64,000 nucleotides of DNA from NCBI GenBank assembly GCA_963668315.1, contig OY764216.1:4256001-4320000 (forward strand), given 5' to 3'. The notes under the pieces are model-generated. The model worked only from the letters and a program-made list of their open reading frames with translations, ran no database searches and was not told the DNA's origin. This DNA is from Spirochaetia bacterium (GTDB taxonomy: Bacteria; Spirochaetota; Spirochaetia; DSM-2461). How positions within the stretch are numbered: position 1 is the first letter of the stretch; each line of letters opens with the position of its first letter. The position numbers and the translations under genes are program-made. Shown one piece after another: positions 1-8,900 of the stretch.

Positions 1-401
1 CCCTTACTGGCGACGAAAGCGACAGCCCCTTTACCATCATGTTTGCCCACAACACTGGAATGATAGACAAAATGGCTCTGTCGCTGAAACATGAGAAGTC
101 CCAGAACGGGACCGAGAAAGACAGAATTGATCAAGCCCCAGCGGGCCGGTTCCGTTGCAGGCTGGTAAGTAACCGTTGTCCCATCCTCTATGAGGAAAAC
201 ACCGATTTCTCTCCAGTACATAAACATCCCGGAAGGGACCTTCATCATGACCCTTAACCGGGATTGATCCACTTCCTCCGGAATCGTAACAACTCCTCTC
301 TTGAAGTAGACATCGTAATTCTCAACAGGAACAATCGGGGTAAAGGGAATCACTTCCACATCTGAACAGACAGTCATCCCGAAGGTCTTGTAGTAATACA
401 C
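1..401 (-). CDS. HPr-kinase-like lasso peptide kinase (PadeK type), 5' part, runs off the left edge
   Basis: Not in ORF track. Manual translation from GTG at 401 (AGGAG RBS at 411-415): MYYYKTFGMTVCSDVEV...FLGPVLGLLMFQRQSHFVYHSSVVGKHDGKGAVAFVASKG, open to the window edge. It matches the 'Y..FG....S' start and 'LG..LG.LL.QR....H.S.V...G.AVAF' pre-Walker-A pattern of lasso-cluster kinases and lies directly downstream of the precursor. Confidence 0.8.
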   Translation of the reverse strand, partial: MYYYKTFGMTVCSDVEVIPFTPIVPVENYDVYFKRGVVTIPEEVDQSRLRVMMKVPSGMFMYWREIGVFLIEDGTTVTYQPATEPARWGLINSVFLGPVLGLLMFQRQSHFVYHSSVVGKHDGKGAVAFVASK

Positions 402-461
402 GATGTCAAACTCCTAAAAACTTGGAAGAAGAGCTGCAGTATGATTTCGAATCAAAAGCAA

Positions 462-632
462 TTACGATGCGGAATAATCTTTGTTATCGGCAAAGGGATG
501 AGTGGTGGGATCGTCATCAAAAATGAGATCAACTCTCCACCAGTCATGCCAACCCAGTTTACCGACACCTTTTGTCAAATCCATTACCTCGCCAAGATCA
601 GTCATCTCGGGAGCGTTGTACACTTTTTTCAT
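462..632 (-). CDS. Lasso peptide precursor, 56 aa (21-aa leader plus predicted 35-aa core)
   Basis: Not in ORF track. AGGAGG RBS (638-643), ATG 632, TAA 462-464. Sequence MKKVYNAPEMTDLGEVMDLTK|GVGKLGWHDWWRVDLIFDDDPTTHPFADNKDYSAS has the YxxP leader motif, LG.V..LT with Thr at -2, Gly1, Asp9 and a C-terminal Ser. B1, B2, ABC and kinase genes are nearby. Confidence 0.9.
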   Translation of the reverse strand: MKKVYNAPEMTDLGEVMDLTKGVGKLGWHDWWRVDLIFDDDPTTHPFADNKDYSAS

Positions 633-705
633 TTATGCCTCCTGAAGCGTTTTAACATTATTAAATGAAAACTCTTTCTTCCAAGTATGTTATCATACAA
701 GGAAT

Positions 706-714
706 ATTATAGCA
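706..714 (-). promoter_or_regulatory. Candidate extended -10 promoter for the precursor/kinase transcript
   Basis: Minus strand reads TG-C-TATAAT (perfect TGnTATAAT) about 75 nt upstream of the precursor ATG. No clear -35 box. Confidence 0.45.
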
Positions 715-858
715 CACTTACAACACGTTTTCTTCATATTCCACATATTTCTTCCTAATTTATCAACATTTTCTAATTGTCAAATCGATACCGATATAAT
801 ATACGCCTTTTATCATGATAATAATGACTCGTTTACATTTTCCTGTGTCTATTATAAA

Positions 859-2118
859 ATGATTCCAATGAATAAAAACTGGTCCCGGCTGACAAGGGAA
901 GAAGAGCTGCTTCTCGCGCTTCTGAATGATGATGACGAAAAAACGGGACAACTCATGGACTCCCATCCCTCCTTGAATTACATGCGATTCTTTGATTTAC
1001 TGACTCTTCATAGAATCAGTCCTTTAATAATGGCAAAATTACTCAAGAACTCCCCTCGTATCCCTTTGCCGGCGGAGTACCTTAAAATCGCCAAACTTGA
1101 TATTCTACGAAACAGCGCGTTTAGAAAACTTCGATTACGGGAACTGCTGAAAGTAGTATCGTTATTGAACAAGCACAATTTTGACATTACCCTGATGAAG
1201 GGTTTTTCCTATGACCCTGATGATCTTTTCTTGCGTTATTTCACTGATATAGACTTGCTGATTGATGAAGATAAGATCCTAGAAGCAATAACAGTATTAA
1301 CTGGAAACGGCTACAATTACAAAGGCAGTTTTATTCTTTCCGAAAAGGAGAAACTTGATATTAATGGGCAGCTGATCTGGAATAATCAATATCAATTTAC
1401 AAGCCCCGGAACACAACTGACAATAGAAATCCATACCAATCTATTTGAAAGAGACAGGATACGCTATGAGAACCTTGAAGTACTCCTGAATCACCCCGAG
1501 ATTTTCAAGAACAACAGAACATGGAGTGACAAGTTAAGCTGCTTTGTTCCCTGTACGGAAGCCTGTCTTCTTCTTTTATGCCTCCACGGTTCGCTTAAAC
1601 GTTCCCTGGCCAATGATTCCTTTATCCTGCGCCATATAACCGACATGGACATACTCTTTTCCCGGGGGATAGATAGCAGCTATTTCATCAGCTTAGTTCA
1701 GAATACTCAGACAGCTTATCACCAGGCCTTTGCCCTTAATCTCTACGAAAGGATAAAAAAAATAGACAGGATGGCTTTGACAGAATCGATAATGGCACTC
1801 CTCTCTGCCAAAGAACTTCGCCTTATGAAATACCACCTATCCTGTATGAAAAACCTATACCACAGCAGCCGTTTTTATCGGTATGTATATCATCTGACAG
1901 CCCCTTTTATCATCGGGGCCCGGGGAAAAAAACGTATTCTCTGGATTCTCTCGGCATTTTTTAATTCGAAGGTACAGCAGGAACAACGCTACATGAAATA
2001 CGGAATCACGAAGGAATCACCCTTAATTTATCTAACCTATCTCATTAACCCCTTTCAGTCGACCTGGCAATTTTTCAAAAAAACAGGAAGAATGATAGGA
2101 AAAACACATCAGCGGTAA
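859..2118 (+). CDS. Nucleotidyltransferase family protein (NTP_transf_5-like, lasso-cluster type)
   Basis: LMKG...RYFTDIDLLI and IEIH motifs; located inside the lasso cluster. Confidence 0.8.
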   Translation: MIPMNKNWSRLTREEELLLALLNDDDEKTGQLMDSHPSLNYMRFFDLLTLHRISPLIMAKLLKNSPRIPLPAEYLKIAKLDILRNSAFRKLRLRELLKVVSLLNKHNFDITLMKGFSYDPDDLFLRYFTDIDLLIDEDKILEAITVLTGNGYNYKGSFILSEKEKLDINGQLIWNNQYQFTSPGTQLTIEIHTNLFERDRIRYENLEVLLNHPEIFKNNRTWSDKLSCFVPCTEACLLLLCLHGSLKRSLANDSFILRHITDMDILFSRGIDSSYFISLVQNTQTAYHQAFALNLYERIKKIDRMALTESIMALLSAKELRLMKYHLSCMKNLYHSSRFYRYVYHLTAPFIIGARGKKRILWILSAFFNSKVQQEQRYMKYGITKESPLIYLTYLINPFQSTWQFFKKTGRMIGKTHQR

Positions 2119-3908
2119 TTTTCCGCCTGCAGATTAAAAAGTTCGAAGTAAAGGCCTTTCTTTTCCATAAGCTCATCATGGGTGCCTTCCTCGACGATAC
2201 GCCCCTTATCCATGACACAGATACGGTCGGCCATGCGTACCGTAGCCATTCTATGACTGATCAGCAAAGCCGTTTTTCTGGTAACCATAGATCTAAACCG
2301 GGAGAAAACTTCCAACTCTGCTTTCGGGTCCAGGGAGCTGGTTGGCTCGTCAAGCACGATAATCCCTGAATCTTTATAAAAGGCCCTTGCCATGGCCACT
2401 TTCTGCCATTGCCCCCCGGAAAGCTCTTTACCATGTTCGAATAAAACCCCGAGAAGGGTGTCGTATCCCTCATCGAGGTGTTCAACAAGATCTTCGGCCC
2501 CTGCCAGATTAACAGCTTCTTCCAACCTTTTCCTATCAAGGGGACTATTCCAGTCGCCTATATGGATATTTTCTCTCAGTGTCAGATTATATTTAACAAA
2601 ATCCTGGAAAATAACGCCCACATTTTCACGCAGATCCTGCAAATTCAACAACCGGATATCGTTTCCGTCAATTTTGATTGCACCGTCGTTGACTTCATAA
2701 AGCCTGCATAAAAGCTTGACAAGAGTCGTTTTACCGCAACCGTTCAGCCCCACAAGAGCTACGACCTCCCCTTCTCCTATCTCCAGGGAAAGATTATCCA
2801 GAACCTTGTTCTGCGATCGGGGATAGGTAAAGGAAACGTTCTCAAAAACAATCCCTCCGCTTAAGGGACACTTCAACGTCACTGGAATCTCCGGAGAAAC
2901 GATCTGAGGCTCATCATTAAGAAATTCGAATAAATTCCTTAAGAAGAGATTATGACTGTACAAGGAAGTCATTCCATTCAACGCACCTCTCAGAAACCCC
3001 TGTCCTCTCTGGAAAGCCTGATAGAACATGACGAAATCACCCACTGACACCTGGCCTTTCACCACGTCCTTTCCGACCCAGATATAGGCAGAAAACACCA
3101 GAATCACCATAAAAGTATTGCTTATAATCGTATAGAGAGTCCGCCTTGCATCAAGCGCATTTCTGATATTACGCAGTTCCTCCCTGCCCTTGTAAAAACG
3201 TTCCATAATGGTTCTGCCCAGGTGGAAAAGCCTTACTTCCTTGGCGTAATCCCTTTCCAGCATCATAAACTGATAATAAAATGAGCGGCGTTCCTTAACC
3301 GTACACTCCCTCTCCCTCCGATACTCCTTGGAAGAGAAGAAAAGACGATTCACCAGACCGGGCAGGGATGCCAGGAAGAGAACAAGTATAATGAGAGGAT
3401 TAAACCGCGCAATGATCCACAGGACTCCGGCCAGGGAAATGGCATTCTGCAGAATACCGGCCAGGGAGTTGACAATCATACGGGGACGGCTGGCCGCCTG
3501 CTCCTGGGCCCTCTGAAGAGAATCGAGTTTCTTCGAATCTTCGAAAAACTGATAATCAAGGGTTTCCGATTTCTCCAGCAGCATTCCTGTCATGTAATCG
3601 GTCACCCGCCTCCCCTGCTCACGGCTGATCCATTGGGCAAGGGCTCCTGCGATATGAGAACCAAGAGTAACTAAACCGGTTAATACGATGACGATAAGGA
3701 TACGGGAATAATTACCCTCTCCTCCAGCCGCCTGGGCGACGGCATCAACCATCCTTTTTAACAGGAAGAGAAGAAGCACGGGAAACACACCGTTTACCAG
3801 CTGCAGTAAAAAGTTCAATACCAGCCAGAGGGGTGAACTATCCCAGACGAATCGAAGGGAAGTCAATATTCCCGATAGGATCTCCCGTATTTTTTTGCTC
3901 ATTTTCAT
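2109..3908 (-). CDS. ABC transporter, fused permease/ATPase (lasso exporter D candidate)
   Basis: N-terminal TM helices, Walker A GLNGCGKT, signature LSGGQ, Walker B IIVLDE; follows B1-B2. Confidence 0.9.
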   Translation of the reverse strand: MKMSKKIREILSGILTSLRFVWDSSPLWLVLNFLLQLVNGVFPVLLLFLLKRMVDAVAQAAGGEGNYSRILIVIVLTGLVTLGSHIAGALAQWISREQGRRVTDYMTGMLLEKSETLDYQFFEDSKKLDSLQRAQEQAASRPRMIVNSLAGILQNAISLAGVLWIIARFNPLIILVLFLASLPGLVNRLFFSSKEYRRERECTVKERRSFYYQFMMLERDYAKEVRLFHLGRTIMERFYKGREELRNIRNALDARRTLYTIISNTFMVILVFSAYIWVGKDVVKGQVSVGDFVMFYQAFQRGQGFLRGALNGMTSLYSHNLFLRNLFEFLNDEPQIVSPEIPVTLKCPLSGGIVFENVSFTYPRSQNKVLDNLSLEIGEGEVVALVGLNGCGKTTLVKLLCRLYEVNDGAIKIDGNDIRLLNLQDLRENVGVIFQDFVKYNLTLRENIHIGDWNSPLDRKRLEEAVNLAGAEDLVEHLDEGYDTLLGVLFEHGKELSGGQWQKVAMARAFYKDSGIIVLDEPTSSLDPKAELEVFSRFRSMVTRKTALLISHRMATVRMADRICVMDKGRIVEEGTHDELMEKKGLYFELFNLQAENYR

Positions 3909-3931
3909 AAAGCCCCGTCACTCCCTTCGAT

Positions 3932-4390
3932 CTATAGAAATTTCCCATCAAATGCTTCGAAAACTGCGAATTTATCCAGTCCGTAAAGCTCCCCCAGAAG
4001 CACTTTCCCGTCTTTTTCCAGCCAGGCATGAGCTTCGACAGGATATCCGGGGCGACGCCTTCGCGCTCCTATTTTAAGAGTGACATCCCACCCGCACCGG
4101 CGGAGAAGAATGAATCCGGCCAATGCCCTGGGAAGGCATTTAAGGAGACCGGGAAACGCAATTCCCGTGGATTCAATCAGCCAGGCCAGTCTTTCAGGAT
4201 CGGACAACGTCCGGAGCTCTACCCGCGGACTTTGCTTTTTGACCCAGGCAAGTACCTTGGGAAAAGAAGTAACGGTCATAAGGATGCGTATTTTGAAAAG
4301 GAGAAAGACAGCCTGTCGAAAGAGTTTCCGCTCTCCCCTCTCCATGGAAAAGACAGTTATTATTCTCTTAAGCTTCCTGTTCAAGGACAC
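3932..4390 (-). CDS. Lasso peptide B2 leader peptidase (transglutaminase-like)
   Basis: KCLPRALA...IG...EAHAWLE Cys/His motifs. Start uncertain: the track gives 4456, but GTG 4390 or TTG 4384 overlapping the B1 end is more plausible. Confidence 0.9.
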   Translation of the reverse strand: MSLNRKLKRIITVFSMERGERKLFRQAVFLLFKIRILMTVTSFPKVLAWVKKQSPRVELRTLSDPERLAWLIESTGIAFPGLLKCLPRALAGFILLRRCGWDVTLKIGARRRRPGYPVEAHAWLEKDGKVLLGELYGLDKFAVFEAFDGKFL

Positions 4391-4646
4391 CCTGACTGAC
4401 CATCTGCTGAATAATTTTTTCAAGATCTCTGCGGCAAAGGTCCTCTTCCACATCATACTCCTGCATGATAAGAGAGACTAAATCCTCCAGAGAAGCACTT
4501 CCCTTCTCAAGTTTCTGCCAGACAAGACTTCCCGTATCGTTCAGAGAGAAATATTTACCTTCCTGAACATGCATCAGTACGGATTCGCCGTCCATTTCTG
4601 TTGATATGACATCACTGGCAATTGTAAACGTGTCGGATAGTTTCAT
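4368..4646 (-). CDS. PqqD-family RiPP recognition element (lasso B1)
   Basis: DGESVLMHVQEGKYFSLNDTGSLVWQKLE...EYDVEEDLCRRD is a typical RRE. Start could be 4646 or 4658. Confidence 0.92.
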   Translation of the reverse strand: MKLSDTFTIASDVISTEMDGESVLMHVQEGKYFSLNDTGSLVWQKLEKGSASLEDLVSLIMQEYDVEEDLCRRDLEKIIQQMVSQGVLEQEA

Positions 4647-4839
4647 GTGGTTGATCATACTTGTTACCTTACTTGCGGGTCAAGCTGATTTACTATAGAA
4701 AGGCATATTATCAACTTGGAGGATTGTTATTTATGGAATAATTTTTATTTTTATTTCTGGAAAGTATAATTCACACATTCTTCAATTTTGCCCCATCATC
4801 CCTTCATATCACAAGAGTTAGGACTGTTTTTTTTGTTTA

Positions 4840-5934
4840 ATGTTGTATATTCTTAGGCATATGAAAAAAGAGGGAAAAATTAATCCTAACATTGAACTTT
4901 TACGGATTATATCGATTCTTGCTCTTGTTCTCTACCATGTTGCTTGTATGGGAGAAAGAAACAGTCACCTGGAAGAGCTTTTTCTTTACATTGCCGACAG
5001 GGGTTGGATGGGAACAGATATGTTTCTCGTTATAGCGGGCTATTTCTTCTATCGATCTTTTCTTCATACATATGAAGGAAATATATATTCATTCCTAAAA
5101 AGCCGTTTTTTTCGAATAGTCCCCTCCTATTTCCTCTTTGTTATTTTATACTTAACGATCGGATTATTTATTGAAAGGAAGGTAGGAAATACTTTTATAT
5201 TACCCAATGCTTATTGGCTTTATTTCCTTACATTTACGGCGAATATCCCCATGGCCATGGGCAATTGGAGCGGTGTTGCCCTGGAAGGTTTATTTGGGAT
5301 TTCCCTCCTTGTACAACTTTACTTAATTTTTCTCTTGATATTTTCCATAAGTAAAGACAAAAACAACCTTAAGAAAATACTGCTTATAATAGAAACGGTC
5401 GTGCTTATCAGCCGTTTCATTCCTTTGCTTAAAAACACAGCATGGTTCAGCTATTTTTTCACATTGACTAGAATGGACGGTTTCATTTTCGGGATTCTTT
5501 TGGCGGTTCTATATGAGGATAAGCAAGCTAAGGAACTGCTTATCCGACTAAAAACGAAAATTCTTCTCATTTCGTTTTTAGCGTTATTATCAACAGCCCC
5601 TTTTACAGGGATATTATCAGTTAACCACAGCAATACTTCCTGCCTGGCTTTTCCCCTTATAGGACTGTTCTTTTCCGCTCTACTGAACTATATTCTTACC
5701 TGGAGAATAAGGATTCCCCAGTTCTACGCGGGAGATTTTGTCTATTCCGTTTATCTTGTCAAACTCCCGTTAATATATATTGTTCTACGTTTTTTGGATC
5801 ATCTTCCCAATATAACACATATACCCTTCATCTCTGTTATAGCATCTCTGATATTCTGTATAGCCTGGGGAGCAGGATTAAGCTTTATTCATAAACATAG
5901 CTGTAAGCTGATAAAAGGAATTAACAAAAAGTAA
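4840..5934 (+). CDS. Membrane acyltransferase (Acyl_transf_3/OafA-like)
   Basis: IELLRIISILALVLYH, GWMGTDMFLVIAGY and FLKSRFFRIVP motifs; multi-TM; stop is 3 nt before the PKS start. Confidence 0.8.
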   Translation: MLYILRHMKKEGKINPNIELLRIISILALVLYHVACMGERNSHLEELFLYIADRGWMGTDMFLVIAGYFFYRSFLHTYEGNIYSFLKSRFFRIVPSYFLFVILYLTIGLFIERKVGNTFILPNAYWLYFLTFTANIPMAMGNWSGVALEGLFGISLLVQLYLIFLLIFSISKDKNNLKKILLIIETVVLISRFIPLLKNTAWFSYFFTLTRMDGFIFGILLAVLYEDKQAKELLIRLKTKILLISFLALLSTAPFTGILSVNHSNTSCLAFPLIGLFFSALLNYILTWRIRIPQFYAGDFVYSVYLVKLPLIYIVLRFLDHLPNITHIPFISVIASLIFCIAWGAGLSFIHKHSCKLIKGINKK

Positions 5935-5937
5935 CAT

Positions 5938-8900
5938 ATGAAAGATCGAAATTACTATGAAAGTTTGGAAGGCGCCATCGCCGTAATCGGAATGTCTGGA
6001 GCTTTCTCCAAATCGAAAGACATTAATGAATACTGGCAAAACATCCTTGCAGGCAGAGAATGTATTGATGATCTGACCGCTGAAGAGTTACAGGCCGCCG
6101 GAATACCCCAGGAACTTTCCGATAATCCCCTTTATGTGCGTCGGACCGCCGGCCTGGAATCGGCCAAGGAGTTTGACCCTGCCTTTTTTGGATATACCCC
6201 TGCGGAAGCCCGGCTTATGGATCCCCAGCACCGGCTTTTCCTGGAACACTCCTGGAAGTGTCTGGAAGACGGAAATATTATACCCGATCATTACGACGGT
6301 CTTATTGGTGTTTTCGGCGGATGCAGCCAGAATAATTATCTCTTAAAAAACCTCATTTATAGCGATCAGGCGGATAAAGCCGGTGCCTTTCAGATAATGA
6401 TCGGTAACGACAAGGATTATCTGACGACCAAAGTTTCCTACAAACTGAACCTCAAGGGCCCCAGCATTACCATGCAGACTGCCTGTTCCACATCCCTTAC
6501 GGCCATTCAGCAGGGATGCCTCTCTCTGCTCAATTACCAAAGTGATATGGCTCTGTGCGGGGGCGCTTCCGTCAATGTACCCTACAGGGGAGGCTACCTT
6601 TATCAGGACGGGATGATTTTTTCTCCCGATGGACATTGCCGCGCCTTTGACAAGGATGCAAACGGAACGGTTTTCGGTGACGGTGTAGGAGTTGTCCTTC
6701 TTAAGAGATTTGAAGATGCCCTAGAGGACGGAGATCTAATTCATGCCATAATCCGCGGGTCGGCGATTAATAACGACGGATCGGAAAAGGTCGGATATAC
6801 GGCTCCCGGTGTTAAGGCCCAAGCCGAAGTCGTCGCCACCGCCCTGGCAGTGGCTGATGTATCGGCAGATACAATCGGTTATGTTGAAACCCACGGCACA
6901 GGAACGCTTATGGGTGACCCCATCGAACTGGCGGCCCTGACAGAAGCCTTTCGTATGTCTACCGAGGAAAAAAACTACTGCCACATTGGATCGGCAAAAC
7001 CCAATATAGGCCATCTTGATGCGGCGGCAGGCGTCGCCAGTTTCATCAAAGCCGTCATGGTTCTCAAAACAGGGACTATACCGCCCTTGACAAACTTCAC
7101 ATCCCCCAATCCGGCATTAAACATAGAAGAGACTCCTTTTACCATAACTTCCACCCCCGTAAAATGGGATACGGAAGTGATACCCCGCCGAGCCGGAGTA
7201 AGCGCTTTAGGAGTAGGAGGAACGAATGTTCATCTGGTACTGGAGGAATATACTCCTTCGAAAGAACCTTCACCGGAACCGGGTGATAAGCCCAATCTTC
7301 TCGTTTTCTCCGCTAAATCAGAGGAATCCCTGACTAGACAGAAGGAACTTTTCTCTACGTTCCTGAAAAAAAAGGATATCTCCCTGCCTTCCCTGGCCTA
7401 TACGCTCCAGAAAAAACGGGTACCCTTCCCCTATCGGGACTTTCTGGTCACAGACGGAAAGGGTGAATATGACGAAAGTACATTCATAAATAAAAAGTCC
7501 CTTCCCTGCAACGGTTCGCCCGAAATTGCGTTTATATTCACCGGTCAGGGAAGTCAATATCCTAATATGGGAAAAAGTCTTTATGAATCGGTACCCTTCA
7601 TTAAAAAAATCATGGATCATGGTTTTTCTATTCTGGAACGAACCCATAATCTACCCCTCAAAGAAATTATCTACCCTGAAGGCTCCGCTTCCCTTAAGGA
7701 AAGCGAAATGAAACTTATGCAGACGACCTATACACAGCCAGCTTTGTTTCTTTTGGAATACGCCCTGGCCAGATATCTGATAATACTCGGTTTACAGCCG
7801 GCCTATCTTCTCGGCCATAGCCTGGGAGAGTACACCGCCGCCTGCCTGAGCGGGATTTTCACATTCGAAGATGCCCTGTCTCTCGTTGCGGAGCGGGGAC
7901 GGATCATGCAGACGGCACCAAAGGGTTCCATGATAAGCATCCCCCTTTCCCGTAACGCGATTGAATCCATGATTACCGGTGATCAGCTTCAGGTATCTGT
8001 CATTAACGCCCCGGATCGCTGTGTTGTATCCGGATCGGACGAGGCGGTGGACCTGTTTCAAAAAGAACTGACGGAAAAGGATATCCGCCACTCCCGTTTA
8101 AAGACCAGCCATGCTTATCACTCTTTTCTCATGGATAGCATACTGGATGAGTTCGCCTCAAGCTTTTCGTCCGTGACCTTTCATAAACCGGAGATTCCGA
8201 TTATCACCAACCAGTCCACAGAATCTTTCGGGTCGGAAAATATGGAAAGTGCTGAATACTGGGTAGATCAGCTCCGTCAACCGGTTGATTTTGATAAGGG
8301 GATTTCTCTTCTTCTCAAGAATAAAAACGTTACCCTGGTAGAAGTCGGACCCGGAAATACACTGATAACCCTAGCAAAGCTCAATCCTGATATGAAGGGA
8401 GATAATCTCTGCCTCCCTACGGTAAGAAACCCTAAACAGCAAACTCCGGACCATACCTTTTTCCTCACGGCTCTTGGAAAACTCTGGCAGAAAGGCCATT
8501 CTCTGCATTGGGATGAATTCTACGGTGAAAGGAAGCCCGAATATATCCGTATCCCCACCTATGAATTCGATAACAGAAGCTACTGGATAGAAGGGATAAA
8601 AAGCAAGAAATCCCCCCTTCCAATTGAGGAGACCGAGGAAAATTATATCGAAAAAAGGGAAGAACTGACGGTAAAAGAGAAGGTTCTTCATGTCTGGAGT
8701 GAAATCTTCGGCAACGATGATATCGGCGAAACGGATAATTTTTATGATATGGGAGGGCACTCCGTCCTGGCGACGCAGCTGCTTTCCAGAATAAACGAAA
8801 CCTTTAATCTGGAAATCGGCATGGGAGCCCTGCTCATGGAGCCGACACCGGCTAATTCCCTTGCTCTAGTGGAAGAACAGTTGCCCCGAAAAAAGCCCAC

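Noticed and set aside
441..668. Plus-strand 75-aa ORF (and 39-257) from the track
   Set aside because: Antisense shadows of the lasso precursor and kinase, which have RBSs and family motifs.
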